Positions 19,601 to 25,730 of a stretch of 25,730 bases of DNA are shown here, piece by piece (the first letter of the stretch is position 1; every line of letters starts with the position of its first letter). The stretch is from a virus (lineage: Duplodnaviria; Caudoviricetes), in the IMG/VR virus record IMGVR_UViG_3300020045_007810, positions 1-25,730 of that record. The stretch is one strand, 5' to 3'. The notes under the pieces were generated by a model, which was not told the origin of the DNA, searched no databases, and saw only the letters and a list, made by a program, of their open reading frames with translations. The position numbers were made by a program, and so were the translations under genes.

Positions 19601-19754
19601 TTTTGTAACTTTGACAGGCGTGACATTGACGGTTGCAACAGGGGGCAGCGTAGTGCTTCATAATAATGCAGGCACTACAATGGCCGAAAAATTAAGCGCT
19701 ACAATCAAACAGAGAACAACGTTAAACAATTATATAGTAGTAGGCTCATTATGA
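16629..19754 (+). CDS. Tail fibre/adhesin-like protein with N-terminal signal peptide
   Basis: Fibre motifs STNVQSALQEL, TGNQTIDGNKT and APTATAGTDTDQIATTKFV; NTAxG/NVGIG beta-roll repeats; VGIGKYPTQKLDVEGN. N-terminus MKKTVLLVLLVFISVITRG-Q. Confidence 0.75.
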   Translation: MKKTVLLVLLVFISVITRGQTTLANKLKITGNTTSVGAQKVNVQEADGFVNTIPKSDLVDVLEYGTASALPITGVASKIYITTDDNKLYRWNGTFYEEVSYAGDYNLKQTVFTGICQKQYLTENDIVVDNSATTLTISTVKNGETISAGNPIRFFTDGNGIAVMHEKSSPVVFNFTNTTGIWYFYFNSAGTPIATQTPWNDFSTIATVYRFYWNATLGVADRRVIESVEYHKNDISWSDHAWKHLDGAKWSSGLTASSNAISTGAPAVDGSNAVITLSSGTILDDNIYYTLTNAATGTVKFTQNLGTGLLPATAGKFICISNSTSGLLEKIPATDFPFLWNSGTNTPEYLTVNGTRTAVTANNYFVYYVYALQDPRYGETIKIKSAETDFANLTLAQAHNWEQLQTLFPTLRDGEIRLLYKLTFEYKTSYDIGTKKSVLRYVDDLRKQKTTTTAVASGTVPATNVSVSPVGGISSTNVQSALQELDSETVKLTGNQTIDGNKTLSKSLNMLSVDLPYSALTAVSAGAGVLSGDFVWGLSFYTAEGKETGVGGISSVVTLSSNKAMVTIPTSPNSLVVGRKLYRTNSSLGETRLMQLVVDIPNNTATTYEDNISNGSLGSIPIWFNTTGGEIKINDQRIFSTNGQNTAIGIYANPSNTGYANQSVGNFAGYSLTSGYRNVFSGLYSGYGTTGGFMNTATGVHSLNFNPNGRENCAYGFSSLMYNTGDDNTALGTFSFAENISGSRNVGIGAGAGQHEMGSYKFYLNNHPISNNAEERTNSLMYGEFDNDPLYQNLRINASVGIGKYPTQKLDVEGNVLTSSFLMRGAFSKGCLAGGQDNLGSTGSKTNPIYIIGTGYAPTDDSLGSMFGVGYANNGLWGGGKVDSWALYVAQGGTIQSIIGDDIWTNGNVKATNYIGSANLTDTPTAPTATAGTDTDQIATTKFVQESKILPVTETGTSFSLTDAYNGKVVIFTASCTVTIPNGLVANFECSFVTLTGVTLTVATGGSVVLHNNAGTTMAEKLSATIKQRTTLNNYIVVGSL

Positions 19755-21472
19755 AAAAATATATCTTAATATTATTTAGTGTTTTTGCTTTTGGGCAATC
19801 GGGATTGATTGCAAGGCAGAATTTCGCATACAAAGCAGTTTCAACAGGAACAAACACCGAAATCGGAGGAGTTGCTGCAACAATCTCAACACCTGCTTTA
19901 TTAGCTACTAAACTTGGTATTGATGTAAGCAGGATTAGTAATTTCAGTATAGTAGGCAGCGATATTAAATGTAAGATTACAGGGAGTTACGGGGCGTCTA
20001 TAAGTACTTTTTTAAATGACAGCTCTATAACTTATTATTATGACTATGATGACTTAGTAAATACCTTGCCTAGTCAAATGTTTTATAACGCAACTAATTT
20101 TTATGATTTTAAATTAGACGGAGTATCTTCTATAAGTCAGAGATGTTTTCAAAACACAAAATTAAATTTAATTTATTTGCCAAATTTAACAAGTGCGCCC
20201 ATAATTTCTTTTAATGAAATTTCACAAAATAAAAGCTTTCCTACACAAATATATATACCTAATTGTGCAACTTTAGGAGTGAATGTAAACACTAATGAAA
20301 ATGTTTTTTTTGGTATTACATCAGGAAGCATTATTTATGCACATCCAAGCCTGGCTACGGTCAATTCTGGGGGGGTTGAGGCAGATTTAGCCTATGCAAT
20401 AACACAGGGAGCAATAGTACGCTACGTCACAAACTTCACAACTCCAAATCCAGTGGCAGATTTAGCAGCAGGAGCAATTTATAATACAGCGGTACAATTG
20501 AATTTTACACCTCCAAGCAGTACGAATGCAATTGAGTATTATGAGTGCTATGCTAATGGTGTTTTTAAAAATAGAGTTCTCGGAAGCGGGCAATTCATAA
20601 ATAGCTTGTCTCAAAACACGAATTACAATCTAACTGTTTATGCCGTTGATATTTTTTTAAATAAAAGTTTAGCTTCAAATGTTGTAAACACAACTACCAC
20701 TAATTCATTAGCCGATACAGATGCAGTAGCCTACACTTCCGCATCAAGTAATACAAGCTACCAATATATCATTCAAGATTTGTATAAAATGCTAAAAGAT
20801 AATTCTCTTTACGCTAAATTACAAGCTTTTTATCCCTTCTTAGGGACAACATCTGCACAACATAAATGGAACGGTAAAAATCCACTTGATACGGATGCAG
20901 CTTTTAGATTAACTTTTTCAGGCACAGCAACATTTAGCGGTAGCGGATACACCCCTAATGGAAGCACGGGGTACGCCAATACTTATTTTATTCCAAGTAC
21001 GAATCAAAATGTAAACAGCAATGGGTTGACTTTAGTTTGTGGCACAAATAATGCCGCAGCAGGTGGAGACGTAGTAGAATTAGGCTCGTTTAATTCTGTA
21101 TCGCAAGCCTCTACATTAACTGTTAAAAATAATAATTCTACTTATGGTAAATTAAGCAGAATGAATGGTTCTGTGATTCAATATTTAGGCAATAATGAGA
21201 GTAGAGGGATTTTTACAGGAACAAAACAAAGCTCAACTGTTACAGATTTGTTCAGGAATGGCACTCAATTATCCACAGGAAACAGCGGAGGAACTTTACC
21301 AACTATATCTTGTTATATTGGGGCTTTGAATTTAAACGGTTCGCCTTATGGCTATTCAAATCAAAGATTTCAATTCACAGCAATTCACGAAGGCTTAAGT
21401 GACGTAGAAGTAGCAACTTTACACACAATTATAGACACATTTGAAACAGCTTTAGGGCGCAAAACTTGGTAA
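19751..21472 (+). CDS. Multidomain protein: signal peptide, BspA-like LRR, FN3, ConA/LamG-like domain
   Basis: MKKYILILFSVFAFG-Q; LPSQMFYNA and ISQRCFQNTKLNLIYLPNL repeats; PNPVADL...YNLTVYAVD FN3; C-terminal AFYPFLG...GLSDVEVATL. Confidence 0.7.
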   Translation: MKKYILILFSVFAFGQSGLIARQNFAYKAVSTGTNTEIGGVAATISTPALLATKLGIDVSRISNFSIVGSDIKCKITGSYGASISTFLNDSSITYYYDYDDLVNTLPSQMFYNATNFYDFKLDGVSSISQRCFQNTKLNLIYLPNLTSAPIISFNEISQNKSFPTQIYIPNCATLGVNVNTNENVFFGITSGSIIYAHPSLATVNSGGVEADLAYAITQGAIVRYVTNFTTPNPVADLAAGAIYNTAVQLNFTPPSSTNAIEYYECYANGVFKNRVLGSGQFINSLSQNTNYNLTVYAVDIFLNKSLASNVVNTTTTNSLADTDAVAYTSASSNTSYQYIIQDLYKMLKDNSLYAKLQAFYPFLGTTSAQHKWNGKNPLDTDAAFRLTFSGTATFSGSGYTPNGSTGYANTYFIPSTNQNVNSNGLTLVCGTNNAAAGGDVVELGSFNSVSQASTLTVKNNNSTYGKLSRMNGSVIQYLGNNESRGIFTGTKQSSTVTDLFRNGTQLSTGNSGGTLPTISCYIGALNLNGSPYGYSNQRFQFTAIHEGLSDVEVATLHTIIDTFETALGRKTW

Positions 21473-21475
21473 AAT

Positions 21476-21859
21476 ATGAAAGTAATATCAAAAACAAAGG
21501 CAATCTTATTGCACGACAGAGAGGGAATTTTGGAAGAATTTGTACAAATCAAAATTCAGCAAACATTGAGAGACAGCGAAAACAAAACTATTACCTTTAA
21601 GACGGTGGATAGTTTAGTTTTGAACCGAGGCTTGGAAAACGAAAGCTATCAAGTACACAAAGACAGGCGAGGAAGCGAACAGGTTTTGACGTACGCAAAA
21701 ACTTTTGCGGAATACAAAGCGCAACGAAAAGCTATTTTATTGGCCAATCCATCAACATTGACAGGGGATGATTTGGATGATTATGTGCTTGTAATGTCAT
21801 TACTCGATGATTTGGCGAAAAAGCCAGTTTACGGGGTTGAATTCGAAATTAAACCGTGA
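21476..21859 (+). CDS. Hypothetical protein (possible fibre chaperone)
   Basis: 127 aa, tightly packed after the fibre-like genes. Confidence 0.65.
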   Translation: MKVISKTKAILLHDREGILEEFVQIKIQQTLRDSENKTITFKTVDSLVLNRGLENESYQVHKDRRGSEQVLTYAKTFAEYKAQRKAILLANPSTLTGDDLDDYVLVMSLLDDLAKKPVYGVEFEIKP

Positions 21860-22056
21860 TAACAACAGTCTTACAATCAGCAATAATAGCATCAGGAAGC
21901 GCAACCTACACGGTAGGGGAAGCATTTCCTATTATGCAGCAAATTGAAAAAGAAAAATCGTTATCTTTGAGCGTGCCAAAGTTCGAAACCGTACCGATTG
22001 TAAAGAAGAAAAAACTAACATTTTGGCAAAAACTTTTAAAAATTTTAAGATTATGA
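21856..22056 (+). CDS. Hypothetical protein with basic amphipathic C-terminus
   Basis: GTGA and ATGA overlaps at both ends; ends KKKKLTFWQKLLKILRL. Confidence 0.6.
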   Translation: MITTVLQSAIIASGSATYTVGEAFPIMQQIEKEKSLSLSVPKFETVPIVKKKKLTFWQKLLKILRL

Positions 22057-22235
22057 AAAATTGGAAAACAACATTAGCCGGATGGCTAGCTGGAGGATTA
22101 TTAGCAATTGATCCGTTGATCAAAGCGTATGCAGCAGGGACATTTGACGGCAAGACAGGAAAACAATTAGCTATAGCAGCAGCTATTGTGTTACTAGGAT
22201 GGCTGGCTGGAGATAAAAATAAGCAACCTGAATAA
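22053..22235 (+). CDS. Small 2-TM holin-like protein
   Basis: MKNWKTTLAG start, two hydrophobic segments, charged tail. Start reassigned to ATG 22053. Confidence 0.7.
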   Translation: MKNWKTTLAGWLAGGLLAIDPLIKAYAAGTFDGKTGKQLAIAAAIVLLGWLAGDKNKQPE

Positions 22236-22268
22236 AATCAGACTGCATTACTCTAAGCTACAATTAAA

Positions 22269-22300
22269 AAAACCAAGGCACAATTATTTGCCTTGGTTTT
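22269..22300. terminator. Bidirectional terminator-like hairpin
   Basis: AAAACCAAGGCA (22269-80)/TGCCTTGGTTTT (22289-300), 8-nt loop. Confidence 0.75.
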
Positions 22301-22328
22301 AAAATATAGTAATTAATAATTTAATAAT

Positions 22329-22817
22329 ATGGACGAACATAAGTCTTTTTTAGCATCAATAGCAAATGCTTTATTTTATTTTTTTAGAGACGTATATATA
22401 ATAATAATAAGCTCTATAATAAGTTTTGTTTGTTATTTGATGCCAGTAAAAAACATAGTGCATTCAATGGTATTGTTTTTTGTAATTGATGTTGTTTTTG
22501 GTTATTGGGCAGCTAGAAAAATAAAAAAGCAAAGATTTTCTGTTAAAATAATATGGAACTATACTATGCCAAGAATGTTGTTATCAATAGTGTTGGTTGT
22601 TAGTTGTTTTTTATGGGATGAAGTATATGCTCAAGAAGTTGTTTCTACATCAAATTTTGTAGGCTGGTTTATATCTGGTGTATTAATATGTTCTATAGCT
22701 GAAAACGGTTATAAAATAACAAAGTGGGCAATATTTCCTAAAATAGTAAGATTGCTTAGTGCCGAAATAAAAGAAAAAACTAATTTTGATATTAATAAAA
22801 AAAATAAATATGAATAA
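22329..22817 (+). CDS. Holin (Phage_holin_4-like)
   Basis: Multiple TM segments, FVIDVVFGYWAA and SIAEN motifs; overlaps the endolysin start. Confidence 0.8.
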   Translation: MDEHKSFLASIANALFYFFRDVYIIIISSIISFVCYLMPVKNIVHSMVLFFVIDVVFGYWAARKIKKQRFSVKIIWNYTMPRMLLSIVLVVSCFLWDEVYAQEVVSTSNFVGWFISGVLICSIAENGYKITKWAIFPKIVRLLSAEIKEKTNFDINKKNKYE

Positions 22818-23253
22818 TATAGTAGAAATAGCTAAAAAAGAAATAGGCGTTACTGAAAAGCCTGAAAACTCAAATAAAACAAAATATGGAAAATGGTTTG
22901 GTTTTGATGGAGTTGCTTGGTGTGGAATGTTTGTTAGTTGGGTTTATAGTGCAGCTGGATTTGCGCTGCCTAAGATAGGATTTAGTAAAGGATTTGCAGG
23001 ATGTCAAACAGCAGTTGCATACTTTATTAAAAACAAAAAAATTACGACGGAACCAATACCTGGTGATATTGTGTTTTTTGATTGGAATTCTGATAATAGA
23101 TATGACCACACTGGTATATTTGTTAAATGGATTATTAAAAACAAAACTTTCGAATCTGTAGAAGGCAATACGTCTTTAACGAATCAAAGTAATGGTGGGC
23201 AAGTTATGCTCAGAGAGCGTTCAAATAAAAATGTGTTATTTGTTCATATTTAA
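22810..23253 (+). CDS. Endolysin, CHAP-domain amidase/endopeptidase
   Basis: AWCGMFVSWV, PGDIVFFDW, DHTGI, VEGNT. Start reassigned to ATG 22810. Confidence 0.9.
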   Translation: MNNIVEIAKKEIGVTEKPENSNKTKYGKWFGFDGVAWCGMFVSWVYSAAGFALPKIGFSKGFAGCQTAVAYFIKNKKITTEPIPGDIVFFDWNSDNRYDHTGIFVKWIIKNKTFESVEGNTSLTNQSNGGQVMLRERSNKNVLFVHI

Positions 23254-23264
23254 TATACATAAAA

Positions 23265-23768
23265 ATGAAAAGACAAGAAATTAACCATTTGTTATTGTGG
23301 ATATTTGCAATAATAATAGCTTTTTTATTAAACTCATGTGATGTTTTAAAGTATAATACAAAGGATAAAGCCGAATCAGAGTTTAGCGAATCAATTAACT
23401 ATACAACATATAGAAAAGGAGATACGGTTAGATATAATATTCCAGCTGTTAGGTTTAAAGACACAACAATACTTAAAACTAATACACAAGGCACTACAAT
23501 AGCTACTAGATATGATAATAACGGTGATATATCTTCTATAGATTGTTTCTCTTCTACTATACAAGAAATTAGAGAGGAAAATAGAAAACTTATAGATTCT
23601 ATTAAAAATAAAGAAGCTTCTAAAGAAAAAACTGTAAATGTAAAAATATACATGTACATAGTAATAGGTGTAGTTGTTATTTTTATTTTTATAATAATTG
23701 CAATGTTTTTTTATTTTAATAATCAAACAAATAAAATAAATGAAACTTTAAAAAATTTAATACAATAG
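23265..23768 (+). CDS. Putative unimolecular spanin
   Basis: N-terminal lipoprotein signal with lipobox LNSC plus C-terminal TM (IYMYIVIGVVVIFIFIIIAMFFYF), directly after the endolysin. Confidence 0.75.
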   Translation: MKRQEINHLLLWIFAIIIAFLLNSCDVLKYNTKDKAESEFSESINYTTYRKGDTVRYNIPAVRFKDTTILKTNTQGTTIATRYDNNGDISSIDCFSSTIQEIREENRKLIDSIKNKEASKEKTVNVKIYMYIVIGVVVIFIFIIIAMFFYFNNQTNKINETLKNLIQ

Positions 23769-23772
23769 TAAA

Positions 23773-25680
23773 ATGGCAAAATCTAAAGTAGTAATAACAT
23801 TTAATTACGCATCTGACGAAGGTGAATATTTATCATTTATAAATAGTTTATCAGCAACTGAACTTAGTGAAGTATTTGTAGCACTGCGTTCTGGCCCATT
23901 TCAAGCTAGCTTAGGTAGCGACGAGTATTCTAGTTCTTACAATTACATGAATGCTTTGATAACTGATTATCAAAGTTCTGGTCTATATAATATTAGTTTA
24001 AACTCTAATGAAGTTACTATAGAAGCTACGCAGTCTAATGTTGTATTTTCAGCAGCAGTTGATTTTCTTGCTCCATCTGTATCGTATGTTATAACTAATG
24101 AAATAGAGGACGCTCCAATATCATTTGTAAGCATAAATAAATTGCAAAACGATACTGATTACTGTAATTACGTTAAATTAGAGGTTACAACAAATGTTTT
24201 AGCTGTTGAAGTTTCAACAGGTTCTTCTACATATCCAAACACAAACAATCCGTTTTATATAATAGCATTAAGAGGAAGTATTGTCAACATAACAGCTATA
24301 GATGCTAGTAATAATAATTCTATCATACAAGTAAAAACTCCAGCAACTTTATCGTCACAAAACACAAATATAAATGTTAATAATACGCCAAACGGAGCTG
24401 ATATAACAATTTCAATGTATGACGACTATGATTTATTATTAGAATATTCTTTAGACGATAATATTTGGCAATCAGCAAACACTTTTAGCAGTTTACCAGC
24501 TGGAACTTATGTTTTGTACGTTAGAGACCAGTTTGGCTGTAAAATATCAAAACTTTTCCAAGTAACTGTTTTTTCACCTATAGTAACTTCACTTAATGCA
24601 TATTCTTATATATCTCCAGCAATGTCTATAAGATATAAAAAGCACGAAACATGGGATAATATTGATATTTATAGAAACGATAGTAATACACTTAGTTGTG
24701 AAGAATTAACTGGTCAATCGTACAAATATATTCAAAAATTCAAACCATCAAATCTAGTAACAACACAATTAAAATCTAATTATGATTATATAGCTGTTAA
24801 TATTATAAAGGATGATGGTTCTAAACAGCCTGTTCAGTTGTCACTTGTGAAAAAATTCATAGACATAAAAGAAAGAATGGACGCTAGAATGTATAGTATA
24901 TCAAATAATAAATCTGGAATATATTTTACATCAGGAAATACTTATGATTATAATACAGGTTCTATAATAGGTTCTTATGCTCTTAATGGAAAACTACCTA
25001 ATTTTGGCGTAGTAGGAAATTTCATAAATATACCAGGGATTGGGTGGTTTTTAATAGAAGACATAATTTACAATGAGTCTATTAATGCTGATGTTTTGGT
25101 TATAAGTTATGTTTATTTTGGAATAGACTCTTCAATAGTTATAGCCTCTAATTATAATCAAGAAAATTTCAATGTTTATGAGTTTAAAATTGACTTTGCA
25201 TTATACAATAATCAATCTATTAATATAGAAATATTACAGTCAAAAAATGGCTACAAAGATTGCAACTATTTAAGTGAAGAGTTGGAGATTTGTATGTTAG
25301 ATGATAATTATATTGAATTAATTTGGTATAATATAAAAGATACAGATGTGTTTTATAATACCGGTATTAAAAACATAGGTAACTTTGAATTTTTATCTTT
25401 TGACGCTGATAATGATAGTTCTTTAGAGATTCACAAAACTTCAACTTCTGCTATGATAATAGAAGCTTCTAATTATGAGTTAAAGGTTTTAGAAATAGAC
25501 GATGTTAGCACAGCTATAATGCTGCAATTAATACAAGCTTCATTGCATAAGGAAATATATGTAAATAGAGTTAAGTATATTTCAAATAGCAATCCAGATA
25601 TAGAAGTTATTCCAAACACAAATTTATACAACATAAAACTACATCTATTAAAAACCGCTCAACACTTGCTTGTCCAATAA
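23773..25680 (+). CDS. Putative tail structural protein with SprB/Ig-like repeat
   Basis: 635 aa, beta-rich; EYSLDDNIWQSANTFSSLPAGTYVLYVRDQFGC repeat unit. Last 22 codons lie within the terminal repeat. Confidence 0.65.
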   Translation: MAKSKVVITFNYASDEGEYLSFINSLSATELSEVFVALRSGPFQASLGSDEYSSSYNYMNALITDYQSSGLYNISLNSNEVTIEATQSNVVFSAAVDFLAPSVSYVITNEIEDAPISFVSINKLQNDTDYCNYVKLEVTTNVLAVEVSTGSSTYPNTNNPFYIIALRGSIVNITAIDASNNNSIIQVKTPATLSSQNTNINVNNTPNGADITISMYDDYDLLLEYSLDDNIWQSANTFSSLPAGTYVLYVRDQFGCKISKLFQVTVFSPIVTSLNAYSYISPAMSIRYKKHETWDNIDIYRNDSNTLSCEELTGQSYKYIQKFKPSNLVTTQLKSNYDYIAVNIIKDDGSKQPVQLSLVKKFIDIKERMDARMYSISNNKSGIYFTSGNTYDYNTGSIIGSYALNGKLPNFGVVGNFINIPGIGWFLIEDIIYNESINADVLVISYVYFGIDSSIVIASNYNQENFNVYEFKIDFALYNNQSINIEILQSKNGYKDCNYLSEELEICMLDDNYIELIWYNIKDTDVFYNTGIKNIGNFEFLSFDADNDSSLEIHKTSTSAMIIEASNYELKVLEIDDVSTAIMLQLIQASLHKEIYVNRVKYISNSNPDIEVIPNTNLYNIKLHLLKTAQHLLVQ

Positions 25681-25730
25681 TACCGCATGCTTACTTAAGC
25701 CGCTACTAACACTAGCGGCTTTTTCTTGTG
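25610..25730. repeat. Right copy of 121-bp terminal inverted repeat
   Basis: Exact reverse complement of 1..121. Confidence 0.97.
25697..25728 (+). terminator. Rho-independent terminator after the last gene
   Basis: AAGCCGCTA-ctaacac-TAGCGGCTT then TTTCTT, 16 nt after stop 25680. Confidence 0.8.

Noticed and set aside
16629-21472. Diversity-generating retroelement or shufflon acting on the fibre genes
   Set aside because: No reverse transcriptase or invertase, and I saw no template/variable repeat pair by eye (a self dot-plot would be decisive).
7605-22056. Genome-wide TGA reassignment or selenocysteine at 8535
   Set aside because: All genes are intact under code 11, other TGA stops act as normal ATGA/GTGA overlaps, and no strong SECIS-like hairpin follows 8537.
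675-23726. Minus-strand ORFs and alternate-frame plus ORFs (e.g. 5674..6018, 18451..18645)
   Set aside because: They lie within or across well-supported + strand genes and have shadow-ORF composition (F/S/L-rich).
1-25730. Transposon/IS or protein-primed (phi29/tectivirus-like) element as the source of the inverted repeats
   Set aside because: No transposase, recombinase, protein-primed PolB, terminal protein or protelomerase is recognisable in the window.

Overview
AT-rich Caudoviricetes (HK97-fold, long-tailed, siphovirus-type) phage segment. The probable host is a Bacteroidota member, Flavobacterium-like, inferred from A-rich leaders without Shine-Dalgarno sites, TAnnTTTG promoter-like elements and Gln-after-cleavage signal peptides. 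All credible genes are on the + strand: RHH regulator, putative small terminase, VRR-NUC nuclease, large terminase, portal, prohead protease, major capsid, head-tail connectors, major tail protein, tape measure, tail tip and fibre proteins, two holins, CHAP endolysin, u-spanin and a final tail protein. I found no replication, integration or immunity-repressor genes. The window is bounded by a perfect 121-bp terminal inverted repeat. Most notable: (1) probable programmed UGA readthrough of the major tail gene adding an FxxxFxxxF peptide; (2) a recurring pairing of a C-terminal aromatic peptide with the N-terminal helix of the next gene; (3) two fibre/receptor-binding-like proteins with Sec-type signal peptides; (4) an FN3 domain split across two genes; (5) tandem covarying GNRA hairpins upstream of the capsid gene. 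Protein calls come from motif recognition and synteny only, with no database searches.
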